Positions 1 to 9,158 of a stretch of 64,000 nt of DNA are shown here, one piece after another. The first letter of the stretch is position 1. Each line of letters begins with the position of its first letter. The DNA comes from a virus (Duplodnaviria > Caudoviricetes), in the IMG/VR virus record IMGVR_UViG_3300011977_000415, positions 1 to 64,000 of that record; one strand, 5' to 3'. Made by a program: the position numbers and the translations under genes. Below the pieces are notes generated by a model. The model was given only the letters and a program-made list of their open reading frames with translations. It ran no database searches and was not told the DNA's origin.

Positions 1-558
1 ATGGCGATAGTTGTTGATACATGCTCATTGGTGATGATTGCCAAGAATTATCTTCCCTTGGATAAGGACGGACAGTTGTACTCATTCCTGGAAGAGGCGT
101 TCTCCCGCAAGGATTTGATGCTACTTGATGTGATTCTGGATGAATCAAAACGCACCTCCAAAGGAATTGCAGTTGAAAAGATGCCTTTCCTCAAAGACAA
201 GAAATTGGTCATTCCGACAAAGGATCTATTTCCATGTGCCCCAGAGAGATTCAGCAACATGATAGACAACAATTTCTGTGTAAGACTGAAGAAGCAGGAA
301 CTGACTGAAGAAGAATACATAGAGCAAAAGGAAGAATACCTTAAAACAGGTGATGCTAAGATTATCATTTATGCACTGAATGTACGACACTCGGACGCTA
401 TCCATCTGGAAGAGATGCAAGTAATGACGGAGGAAACAAGGCAGCAGAATGACGGTAAGTTGTTCAAGAAACTTCCTTTGTTGTGTGAGCAGATAGGGAT
501 TGGAACACTAACCGTTTCAGAATATCTGCATAGAAACGGGTTCTTTATTGACAAATAG
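1..558 (+). CDS. PIN-like domain protein (DUF4411-like)
   Basis: N-terminal VVDTCSL, central acidic residues, GDAKIIIYA and TEE motifs and C-terminal KLPLLCEQIGI fit PIN/DUF4411 proteins. Confidence 0.65.
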   Translation: MAIVVDTCSLVMIAKNYLPLDKDGQLYSFLEEAFSRKDLMLLDVILDESKRTSKGIAVEKMPFLKDKKLVIPTKDLFPCAPERFSNMIDNNFCVRLKKQELTEEEYIEQKEEYLKTGDAKIIIYALNVRHSDAIHLEEMQVMTEETRQQNDGKLFKKLPLLCEQIGIGTLTVSEYLHRNGFFIDK

Positions 559-720
559 CATAGATATTAGTATCATCTTATGACATCTTTCACGAAATCA
601 TATTATATTCGTGAATAAAACACTTGTTTTTCAAGAATAGAAATTGTTGAGGATTAGATATTTAAGACATTATTGCAATGCGGAAGGGGTGATGTGAACG
701 ACAAAAGACAAGGCGTTCTA

Positions 721-1350
721 TTAGAGTGGATGCTTGATAAGATTGAGAAGAATGGACGGGTCGATGGCTCGTCCTTTTTTTGTGTCTTTGAGTGTGAGGT
801 GCAGGTGGGGACCAGTACTGCGACCACTGTTGCCTGTCAGCGCGATGATGATGCCGGGACGGACGTGGGTGCCTTTGGTGACGAGAGTTTGGGAGAGGTG
901 GCAATAGCTGACGGTGAAGTCGCCGTGACGGAGGGTGACATAGAGGCCTGAACGTTTGTCCTTGCCTACCTTGATGACCTCGCCGTGCATCATGGCGTAT
1001 GTGGGTTCGTAATTTGCCTTCAAATCAAGCCCGTTGTGTAGGGCTTTTCTTTTTGTAAATGGGTCTCTGCGGTAGCCGAAAGGGCTGGTGACAGAGATAT
1101 GACGGAGTGGACTGACAAGTGCCGTGTGGCGGTCGGTCTGCTCCGTTTGGGTTTGTAATGGGGCAAAGGCAAGAGAGTCTCGCCGCTGATGCGGCGAGCA
1201 CGGAGGCAGTTGTTCGGATGTTGCGGACTGCGTCGTTTTTGGCACAGCCTTGCGGTGTACCTTAGTCTGTGTGACGGTATTGAACTGAGCGCATACTGTT
1301 GCTGATGAACAGAATATTGCTGCTATTGTGATGAGTAGAAATCGTTTCAT
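721..1350 (-). CDS. secreted M23 family metallopeptidase
   Basis: Signal peptide MKRFLLITIAAIFCSSATVCA; TSPFGYRRDPF, HNGLD, YCHLS and GNSGRSTGPHLH motifs; ATG at 1350 lies just after a minus-strand TACTTTTG box. Confidence 0.9.
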   Translation of the reverse strand: MKRFLLITIAAIFCSSATVCAQFNTVTQTKVHRKAVPKTTQSATSEQLPPCSPHQRRDSLAFAPLQTQTEQTDRHTALVSPLRHISVTSPFGYRRDPFTKRKALHNGLDLKANYEPTYAMMHGEVIKVGKDKRSGLYVTLRHGDFTVSYCHLSQTLVTKGTHVRPGIIIALTGNSGRSTGPHLHLTLKDTKKGRAIDPSILLNLIKHPL

Positions 1351-1530
1351 GGTGCAAAAGTAACAAGCAATTCTTTGACTGGCATAAAGAACAAAGGGAA
1401 GACAAGAAGATTGTAACATAATATAGCAATCGAGTTTGATTTTTGAGCAGAAATCAAACTCAAATAATAATAATCGTCAAAAATAACACGCATTATCTTA
1501 TGCAATTCTGCTTGTCTCTGAATAGGTATA

Positions 1531-1538
1531 TAACTTTG
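1531..1538 (+). promoter_or_regulatory. Bacteroidota sigma-70 -7 box for the long + strand operon
   Basis: TAACTTTG ~35 nt upstream of the ATG at 1571. Confidence 0.6.
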
Positions 1539-1570
1539 CATGAGTTTAATTTCAAATTCAAAGTTAAAGT

Positions 1571-2332
1571 ATGAAGCAAGTACGATTTGAAGAGAGCGAG
1601 GTGCCTTATCAGACACTGGCTCGTTTTGGTCTCACACAAGAGAAGATTGAAGACCTGCCCATGTGGGCGTTGGAAGATATTGGTCAGGGACGACGTTCAC
1701 CGTTGCTGCCCATTCAGGTGAATAATGATGAGGGCGAGACATTGAAGAGCCGCACCCGATTTGCGTTGGTCCGTATGGAGGACGGCAAGGTGGATGTGGT
1801 CTTCTATCCGCAGTTGGAGAAATCACCATTGGAGGCTTTTACTCAGGAACAGCAGGAGGACTTGCTGGCTGGAAAGGCTATCCTTGCCGATGTTAAGGAT
1901 GCTGATGGCAGGAGCAGCAAGGCTTTCGTGCAGATTGACACGGAGACCAATCAGGTGATGTCGGTACCTACGCCTGTCATCGGGCGCAACTTGGAGGTGC
2001 TGAAGGATGAACTGAAACTGAGTTCGGCAGAACTGACCGTGATGCAGAAGGGTGAGCCGCTCACGCTCATCATGGAGGACGAACAGGTGACGGTGGGTAT
2101 TGACCTGAACGATAAGACCGGCATAAGGATTAATCAAGGCGACAGTCAGAAGTGGAAGGAGAACACCAAGCGAGAGTGGGACAAATACACCTTCGGGTGC
2201 TATGGCTGTTGGGTAATGGGCGATGACGGTAATCTTGACTATGTGCCTGAAGAGGAATACACGGAAGAACTTTGGAATGAGCAGAAGAAGAATGGAGAGC
2301 GCAACCGCGCCTCTTTTTCCATGCACAAATAA
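1571..2332 (+). CDS. DUF4099-like protein of Bacteroidota conjugative elements
   Basis: F.E.EVPYQTL..FGLTQE.I.DLP...GRRSPLLP N-terminus. Confidence 0.6.
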   Translation: MKQVRFEESEVPYQTLARFGLTQEKIEDLPMWALEDIGQGRRSPLLPIQVNNDEGETLKSRTRFALVRMEDGKVDVVFYPQLEKSPLEAFTQEQQEDLLAGKAILADVKDADGRSSKAFVQIDTETNQVMSVPTPVIGRNLEVLKDELKLSSAELTVMQKGEPLTLIMEDEQVTVGIDLNDKTGIRINQGDSQKWKENTKREWDKYTFGCYGCWVMGDDGNLDYVPEEEYTEELWNEQKKNGERNRASFSMHK

Positions 2333-2355
2333 TCTACACATAATATAATAAGTAT

Positions 2356-2580
2356 ATGGCATCAAATAAATATTATCCAGAGGATGTGCTCGTCGAGAAG
2401 ATACAGAGCGGCGAGTATGGTTGGTTGGAGTATGTCAACCATCATTCTGCTGAATGGCAGGAAGAATATGAGAGCTATTGTCTGAACAACGGACTCTGCA
2501 TTTGTGAAGAGAGTGCGGAGCAGTTTGTCCATCACAAAGATGAGGAACTGGAGAAGGCAATAGAGAACGGTGAAGCATGA
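2356..2580 (+). CDS. small acidic hypothetical protein
   Basis: 74-aa ORF in operon, AT-rich leader. Confidence 0.6.
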   Translation: MASNKYYPEDVLVEKIQSGEYGWLEYVNHHSAEWQEEYESYCLNNGLCICEESAEQFVHHKDEELEKAIENGEA

Positions 2581-2617
2581 TAAATGAAGAGTGAAGAATG
2601 AAGAGTGAAGAATAAGT

Positions 2618-4213
2618 ATGGCGATAAGAAAGAATACGAATCCCCAACAGATGGACCTGCAACCAGAGATGCGTGACTTGCTCATGCGCAATGGTATGCA
2701 GGCTCATGTGGTGAGTAATGGCAGCGGCTATCAGCTTGTGGTGCAAGGGCATGACAGTCCGCTGCTTACCTATAACATCACCGAGAAGCAGATGTTGGCT
2801 CTGACCGACTGGGGTACGAATCATGCCAACAAGTTAGCCTACAATACCTTTACGGGCATTGTGGGCAACGACTTCTATATGCCCAAGAACTTCGTTCATG
2901 CACGCAATGCCAACGGTCGTGTAGCTATGGGGCTGCACGGCTATCGTGTTGGTATCGGCGAGTATGGACGGATGGGGCGCATCGATATGCCACCACCCTT
3001 TTTAGGTTGGACACCACGCAGTCAGGAGGGATTCCATCTTCGCAGAGTTGGAGGACGATTGTTCTTCCCCGAAGCCCCGATTGTGCCTGAACGTTGGGAC
3101 GGCAGAATGAAGCCTGGCGAATTGCAGAGCGGCGGTTATGGGTTCTATTATAAGGGACAGCAACAGAGTTATAGCCCTCAGCAACAGGATGTGCTGAAAG
3201 ATTTGGAGGGAATCATAATGCCTTCCATCAGCCGCACGAGAAGCACGGAGCCAGCCAAGCCTTATAAGGAACTGATTACCTCGCCTGTCTATTTCACCAA
3301 TGAGAAGTGGCAGGAGTGTCTGGCATCGCATGGCATCATCATTGATGAGAATGCGAAGACGCTGACCATTCAGTCGAACAGCGTCAATGCCGACATGGTG
3401 TATGACCTGACAGATGAGGAACTGAAGAAACTCACCTCCAACTCCATCAAGGAAGTGCCCGTCGTTCAACGCTTGGAACTGCTGAATGGCATCATCAAGG
3501 ACGACTTTGCTGACAAAATCCTGATGGACACACTGAATAGCAAGGAGCGCATCGACCTGCATCTGCATCCCGAACTTGAACAGGAGTTGCAGCAGCGTCA
3601 GCAACAAGACGAGGAACGGTTGCTTCCGTTGGAAGAGGACGAGACTGTCAGACGTGACGTGTTGCAAGGCGATGCCATGGTGAGAGGTGAAGACCTTGCC
3701 TTGATTAATGAGAACAAGGGTTGGTATCGTGAGGGAGCGCATGGGCGTGAAGTGAAAGTCGGTGACATCATGGTGGAGAAAGTGCCTCCGATGGAGGGAG
3801 ATAAGAAAGGCGAAGATAAGTATCGCATGACCGCCATTATCAATGGAGAAGCCATCACGCACGAAATCAAGCAGAAGGACTACGACAAGTTCTTGGCGGT
3901 GGATGACTACCATCGCATGAAACTCTTCTCCAAGGTTTTCAGTGAAGTGGATATGAAGACACGCCCCGAAACCAACGCCGGACTGGGCACGAAGATATTG
4001 GCGGCTCTGACGGCAGGAGCAGTCGTTACAGCAGAGGTGGCGCATGACATAAGCCACCATCATCACCATCCAGCCCCGGAGTTCTATGCAGAGCATCATG
4101 GCGGTCCACGTCCTTACTTCAAACCGGGAGTGGATTCGCCACAGGAGATTGCGGCAAGGTACTTTGAGGCAGAAGCAAATCATGTTGCCACGGAGATAAG
4201 GAGAGGATATTAA
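2618..4213 (+). CDS. hypothetical protein with His-rich C-terminal segment
   Basis: 531-aa ORF, codon usage like neighbours. Confidence 0.75.
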   Translation: MAIRKNTNPQQMDLQPEMRDLLMRNGMQAHVVSNGSGYQLVVQGHDSPLLTYNITEKQMLALTDWGTNHANKLAYNTFTGIVGNDFYMPKNFVHARNANGRVAMGLHGYRVGIGEYGRMGRIDMPPPFLGWTPRSQEGFHLRRVGGRLFFPEAPIVPERWDGRMKPGELQSGGYGFYYKGQQQSYSPQQQDVLKDLEGIIMPSISRTRSTEPAKPYKELITSPVYFTNEKWQECLASHGIIIDENAKTLTIQSNSVNADMVYDLTDEELKKLTSNSIKEVPVVQRLELLNGIIKDDFADKILMDTLNSKERIDLHLHPELEQELQQRQQQDEERLLPLEEDETVRRDVLQGDAMVRGEDLALINENKGWYREGAHGREVKVGDIMVEKVPPMEGDKKGEDKYRMTAIINGEAITHEIKQKDYDKFLAVDDYHRMKLFSKVFSEVDMKTRPETNAGLGTKILAALTAGAVVTAEVAHDISHHHHHPAPEFYAEHHGGPRPYFKPGVDSPQEIAARYFEAEANHVATEIRRGY

Positions 4214-4243
4214 CAATGTATAATTTACAATTTATAATTTATA

Positions 4244-5386
4244 ATGAGTAGTGAACTGACATACGATGACTTTCTGGACAGGTTGAGCATACAGGAAGTA
4301 CTGGTGGACGCAGGGTATCATCTGAACAAGAGAGATGGCTTGCGTTATCCGTCGTATGTGCGTACTGACAGTGAGGGCAGACGGGTGCGTGGTGATAAGT
4401 TCATTGTCACGCAGAATGGGAAATGTTGCTTCCAACCACCGCAGCAGAAGGTGTATAATGTCATTTCGTTCATCAAGGAGCATCCAGAAATGTTTTCAGA
4501 GAACAAGGTGGGAATGTCTCCTGACCGACTCGTCAACCTCGTCTGCAACCGACTGCTCAACCAACCCATAGAGGACAGACCATCGAAGATTACAGAACCA
4601 AGAAAGGACGGAAAGCCATTCAACCTGAATGACTACGACATCCACAAGTTCAATCCGCAGGACAGGGAAACGCAGAAAAGGTTTTATCCCTATTTTAAGT
4701 TCCGAGGCATCGACCTCTATACGCAGTATGCTTTTCATCGGCATTTCTGTCTGGCTACTAAGCATCGGACGGATGGACTTACCTTTGCCAACCTTGCCTT
4801 TCCGCTTGTACTGCCCAAGACACCCGACAAGACTGTGGGCTTTGAGGAACGAGGACGACCGAAGATGGACGGTAGCGGCGGTTACAAGGGCAAGGCAGAA
4901 GGAAGCAACAGCAGTGAAGGACTGTGGATTGCCAACCTCACGGGCGAGCCGTTGGATAAAGCAAGCGAAATTGTATGGTTTGAGAGTGCCTACGATGCCA
5001 TGGCAGAGTATCAGATAAATCCTGTAAAGATGGTGTATGTATCTACGGGCGGCACACCCACCGAGGGACAGATGCGAGGACTTCTGTCCGTTACTCCCAA
5101 CGCACGGCACTATTTGGGTTTTGACAAGGACGATGCAGGGCGGCAGTTTGTTGCAAACTTCAGGAAGGTGGCAGCAGAGATGGGCTTCCGTCACGAGCAT
5201 GTGCAAGCCTATCATCCATTGGGTTGCTACAAGGACTGGAACGATGCGCTGCTCAACAAGAAATCAGCAGAACTGATTGCCAAGGGCGAACCAGATACCT
5301 TCGACTATGCCGAGTTTATCGCAGCCGGCAAGGCAGAGAAACAAAGGGAAAAAGAAGAAAAGAACACATATCATAGAAGCGTATGA
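4244..5386 (+). CDS. Toprim-domain DNA primase-like protein
   Basis: WFESAYDAMA, STGG, YLGFDKDDAG and KDWNDAL toprim motifs. Confidence 0.85.
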   Translation: MSSELTYDDFLDRLSIQEVLVDAGYHLNKRDGLRYPSYVRTDSEGRRVRGDKFIVTQNGKCCFQPPQQKVYNVISFIKEHPEMFSENKVGMSPDRLVNLVCNRLLNQPIEDRPSKITEPRKDGKPFNLNDYDIHKFNPQDRETQKRFYPYFKFRGIDLYTQYAFHRHFCLATKHRTDGLTFANLAFPLVLPKTPDKTVGFEERGRPKMDGSGGYKGKAEGSNSSEGLWIANLTGEPLDKASEIVWFESAYDAMAEYQINPVKMVYVSTGGTPTEGQMRGLLSVTPNARHYLGFDKDDAGRQFVANFRKVAAEMGFRHEHVQAYHPLGCYKDWNDALLNKKSAELIAKGEPDTFDYAEFIAAGKAEKQREKEEKNTYHRSV

Positions 5387-5868
5387 GACAAGAAGATAAT
5401 AGCATCATCACCTTGTGCCCCAGCATCGGACAGTTTTTCATCAACGAACTGCCTCTGTTGCTGTTGTGCGTGGCAATGCTCCTAATCGGAGGATTGCCCG
5501 GTTGTGCATATAGTACCCTGTTGCTTGTCTTCAGCCTCCTGTTCTCCCTCTGTTTACTCTACCGATTCATCTATCTGAGGAGTATCCGCTACCATATCGG
5601 GAGCGAGCAACTCATCTGTGAGCACGGAGTGTTTCAGCGGAGCGTGAACTACATGGAGTTGTACCGAGTGGTGGACTTTGCCGAGCATCAGACATTGATA
5701 CAACAGTTATGCGGACTGAAAAGCGTGACCGTGTTGTCGATGGATAGAACGACACCGAAACTGGAAATGACCGGCATCAGCAACAGCTATGACGTGGTGA
5801 GTGTGATACGAACAAGAGTAGAAACGAACAAACGAAGAAAGGGCGTATATGAGATTACGAATAGATAA
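5383..5868 (+). CDS. bacterial PH-domain (bPH_2/DUF304-like) membrane protein
   Basis: Two TM helices followed by Y.I...L...GVF.....ELYRV.D....Q.LIQQL.GL..V. Confidence 0.75.
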   Translation: MRQEDNSIITLCPSIGQFFINELPLLLLCVAMLLIGGLPGCAYSTLLLVFSLLFSLCLLYRFIYLRSIRYHIGSEQLICEHGVFQRSVNYMELYRVVDFAEHQTLIQQLCGLKSVTVLSMDRTTPKLEMTGISNSYDVVSVIRTRVETNKRRKGVYEITNR

Positions 5869-6550
5869 GATTTGGTTCATTGTCGTGGCATTGGTACTGA
5901 GCGTGCCGTCAGCCCATGCACAGATTGTGACTGCCAACCCTTTGGAATGGATGGCATTAGCAGAGGGCAACGAAGCCATCAACGGTGAGATAGAGAAGGA
6001 AATCAAAGGTCAGACCAAGACTGCCCTGTTGCAGAATACCATCGCCGCAGAGTTCACCAAGATACACGAATGGGAGAAGAAGTACAACAGTTATCTGAAA
6101 ACCGCCAGTGGTTATGCCTCTTCCCTCAAAGCCTGTACCTATCTGTACGACGATGGAGTGAAGATATTCATCACCTTGTGTAAGATGCGCAAGGCCATCA
6201 ACAATAATCCGCAAGGCATCGTTGCCACCCTCTCGATGAACAACCTGTATATGGAGACCGCCACGGAATTGGTGTCCGTCTTCACACTGCTGAAAGATGC
6301 AGTCGCCAAAGGAGGCAAAGAGAACATGCTGACTGGTGCGGAAAGGAGCAAGACGCTGTGGGCACTGAACGACAAGCTGAGTGCCTTCAGCAAGAAGCTG
6401 CATCGTCTTTATCTGTCTATACGATATTACACCATGACCGATGTGTGGAACGGCGTGACGGCAGGGATGATAGACCGAAGCAATGGAGAGATAGCCACCC
6501 AAGCCCTTAGCAGATGGCGCAGAGCAGGACGTATGACCATCAGTGATTAA
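5849..6550 (+). CDS. secreted helical protein, TraI/VirB5-like (paralogue of 6568..7251)
   Basis: Signal peptide ending AHAQ; MLTGAER and YYTMTDVW...RWR motifs shared with next ORF. Confidence 0.5.
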   Translation: MRLRIDKIWFIVVALVLSVPSAHAQIVTANPLEWMALAEGNEAINGEIEKEIKGQTKTALLQNTIAAEFTKIHEWEKKYNSYLKTASGYASSLKACTYLYDDGVKIFITLCKMRKAINNNPQGIVATLSMNNLYMETATELVSVFTLLKDAVAKGGKENMLTGAERSKTLWALNDKLSAFSKKLHRLYLSIRYYTMTDVWNGVTAGMIDRSNGEIATQALSRWRRAGRMTISD

Positions 6551-6567
6551 CGATAAAGGAATCAGTC

Positions 6568-7251
6568 ATGAAGTATTTCATATCAATTGCCATTTTTATG
6601 TTTATATCATCTTTTGCAGGAGTGCGGGCGCAGAACGACCCGACTCTTGCGGGGATGATTCTGATGTACACCAACAAGGCGGAGAAAGAACTGAAGAATC
6701 AGGAGAAAGTGATGCTGCTACAATCCACCGGCCATATCTGGACCAAGGAGGAAGTGGAAGCCACTACCGACCTGCAGCGGGAGTTCAACAACTATCTGGA
6801 CTCCTTCCGTTCCATCGTCAGCTATGCCGCACAGATATATGGTTTCTATCACGAGATAGGTCAGTTGGTGGACAATATGGGTGGATTGGTGGCGCAGTTG
6901 GATGCCCATCCTGCCAACGGACTTGCCGTAGCCCTGTCAGCCAAGCGCAACAAGATATACCGCGAGCTGATTATGAACAGCATCGAGATAGTTAATGACA
7001 TACGCACGGTATGCCTGTCGGGCAACAAGATGACCGAGAAGGAGCGTGTGGAGATAGTCTTCGGCATCCGACCCAAACTGAAGAAGATGAACAAGCAGTT
7101 GAAGCGACTGACGAGGGCGGTGAAATACACCACCATGGGCGATGTTTGGATGGAGATAGACGAAGGGGCAAGACCCACCAAAGCGAACAAAGCCGAGATA
7201 GCAGCGGCTGCCAAGAGGCGGTGGAAGCAGGTGGGCAAGAACGTAAACTGA
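6568..7251 (+). CDS. secreted helical protein, TraI/VirB5-like
   Basis: Signal peptide ending VRAQ; KMTEKER and YTTMGDVW...RWK motifs. Confidence 0.5.
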   Translation: MKYFISIAIFMFISSFAGVRAQNDPTLAGMILMYTNKAEKELKNQEKVMLLQSTGHIWTKEEVEATTDLQREFNNYLDSFRSIVSYAAQIYGFYHEIGQLVDNMGGLVAQLDAHPANGLAVALSAKRNKIYRELIMNSIEIVNDIRTVCLSGNKMTEKERVEIVFGIRPKLKKMNKQLKRLTRAVKYTTMGDVWMEIDEGARPTKANKAEIAAAAKRRWKQVGKNVN

Positions 7252-7344
7252 TGGAGCAGCGAGAGCAGAGCCGAACTTGTTCGAGCTATGCCGAGTCGTG
7301 ACAGAAGAAGACGAAGTCAAACCGTGATTAAAAAACGATAAGAT

Positions 7345-8007
7345 ATGGGATTTTGGAGTTCATTATTGAAATATGGTGGCAAGGCGGCACGAGGTACTGG
7401 CCATGTCATCGGAGTAACTGGAAAGACCTTAGGCAGTGCGGCACTCCACCCGCAACGCACCCTTATGGGAGCCGGCAAGGCTATGCAGACGGCCGCAGTG
7501 GGTAGTGCCGCAGGCTATGTGACATGGGAGAAGCTGACCACAGACAAGAGCGTGGCACGCATCGTAGGTGATGCTGTCATCGGCGAGAATGCCACGGAAG
7601 CGGTGGCACAAACCGCCAACGATGTGCAACGTCTGACGGGCAAGGCTGGTGAAGCCGTTGATGCGGTGAACACTGTAGCCGGAAAGATGGACACCCAGTT
7701 CAGCGGCATCAGTGATTTCTTTAGGAATATGTTCGGAGGCGTAGGATGCGACATGATAGGCAATCTCTTTGGCAATATCGGCAAGGGCAACGTGTCGGGT
7801 ATGAGCATCGTCGGACTGGTGGCTGCCGCCTTCATGGTATTCGGACGCTTTGGTTGGATGAGCAAGATTGCGGGTGCCCTGCTTGGAGCGATGATCATCG
7901 GGAACAATTCTAAGGTGGCGCAAACTCTGCCTAACAGAGGCGGTACGTCTTCACATGGGCAGAACATGAAAGAAGCAGAGACCCAAAGCAGAGGGATGAA
8001 ACGATAA
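7345..8007 (+). CDS. Gly-rich membrane protein
   Basis: Hydrophobic Gly-rich hairpin near the C-terminus; basic tail SRGMKR. Confidence 0.7.
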   Translation: MGFWSSLLKYGGKAARGTGHVIGVTGKTLGSAALHPQRTLMGAGKAMQTAAVGSAAGYVTWEKLTTDKSVARIVGDAVIGENATEAVAQTANDVQRLTGKAGEAVDAVNTVAGKMDTQFSGISDFFRNMFGGVGCDMIGNLFGNIGKGNVSGMSIVGLVAAAFMVFGRFGWMSKIAGALLGAMIIGNNSKVAQTLPNRGGTSSHGQNMKEAETQSRGMKR

Positions 8008-8022
8008 CCAATATACAGTGAT

Positions 8023-8844
8023 ATGAGATATACAGAAGAAATGATACTGCGCTCATCGAGCGGCTACTGTATGCCGTTTGAGGAGCCTATAAAGCAGGAC
8101 GTGCAGATGTCCTTGGGTTACGGAGAGCAGAAAAATCCCGTGACGGGAGAAACATTCTTCCATCACGGCATAGACTTCTCAGTGAACCATTACCTGCTGT
8201 CGGCGGTGGCAACGGGAACCGTCTCTGCCATTGGGTCGGACGCGGAGCATGGCATCTACCAGACCATCCGCTACGGCAAATACGAAGTGACTTACAGGCA
8301 TCTCTCCAATGTCTTCGCCAACTTCTCCCAAAGCGTCAAGGCCGGTCAGACCATCGCCATCAGTGGCGACCTGCTGCACATGGAGGTGAGGTTTGACGGA
8401 GAGGAAATCAATCCGTTGGAGTTCCTCACCATGCTCTACGGCAATATCAAGGCATTGGAGCACAATTCCCAAATGGGCATCAATGAACTGGACATGAACA
8501 TCCCTTCACCCTACGACACCGACCGTCAGGAGATAGAGGCATTGATGCTCCGCTTCCTTCCCTCCTACTTCGAGGACCTTCAACAAGGAGCATACTCTCT
8601 GCCCGAACATACGGAGCAGTCGTTGAGAAACATCTTCTCGTTGGGAGCGAGCAAGCATTATTTCTACGAGACCATGCCGAGCATGGCTAATCCCTTGGGC
8701 ATCGGCAACCGCTGTATGCCTTTGGCGACTAAGGTGCAGAACCTGCTCATTGCCGACTTTCTCAACTATCTTGCCATGCGACATCAGGTATATCTCTCCA
8801 CGATGGACGAGGTGTTAAAAAAAAACTCCAAGAGCAAGCCCTGA
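8023..8844 (+). CDS. M23 family peptidase-domain protein without signal peptide; possible -1 frameshift extension to 9149
   Basis: FHHGIDF, YRHLS and LHMEVR motifs; A9 run at 8817-8825 near the 3' end. Confidence 0.8.
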   Translation: MRYTEEMILRSSSGYCMPFEEPIKQDVQMSLGYGEQKNPVTGETFFHHGIDFSVNHYLLSAVATGTVSAIGSDAEHGIYQTIRYGKYEVTYRHLSNVFANFSQSVKAGQTIAISGDLLHMEVRFDGEEINPLEFLTMLYGNIKALEHNSQMGINELDMNIPSPYDTDRQEIEALMLRFLPSYFEDLQQGAYSLPEHTEQSLRNIFSLGASKHYFYETMPSMANPLGIGNRCMPLATKVQNLLIADFLNYLAMRHQVYLSTMDEVLKKNSKSKP

Positions 8845-9149
8845 CGCATGACGGCATCATCGACCCTCTTGCCGACTTGGACGTGGATATCCAGAGCTTC
8901 GACATTCCGAGGATAGTGAGCGTCTATCCCGACCGGGCTGGCGTGAGATGGTGGACAAAGGCATGGTTCAATGGTAAGGAAGAGGGGGAACCCTCCGTGG
9001 AGATTGAGGAACGTATGGCCGTGCAGTTCATCCACTGCCAAGTGGACAAGGACGCATGGTTGGAGGAACACTATCCTAAGCAGATGGAGATATATCACAA
9101 TGCCATCGAGCAGACAAAGGAACAGATATTACAGCAGTATAATATATAA
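8826..9149 (+). CDS. hypothetical ORF, probably the -1 frame continuation of 8023..8844
   Basis: Frame is open from 8733 to 9149 and has only a TTG start (8877); reads KKLQEQALTHDGIIDPLADLDVDIQSFDIPR... from the A-run. Confidence 0.6.
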   Translation, partial: LQEQALTHDGIIDPLADLDVDIQSFDIPRIVSVYPDRAGVRWWTKAWFNGKEEGEPSVEIEERMAVQFIHCQVDKDAWLEEHYPKQMEIYHNAIEQTKEQILQQYNI

Positions 9150-9158
9150 ACAAGGTAT

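Noticed and set aside
2586-2613. TGAAGAR heptamer tandem repeat as a functional element
   Set aside because: Short low-complexity intergenic repeat with no supporting context
3002-4216. Long antisense or alternative-frame ORFs (e.g. 3002..4216-, 13406..14407-, 32249..33028+, 58612..59652-, 6543..6995+)
   Set aside because: Shadows of well-supported genes; no recognisable motifs
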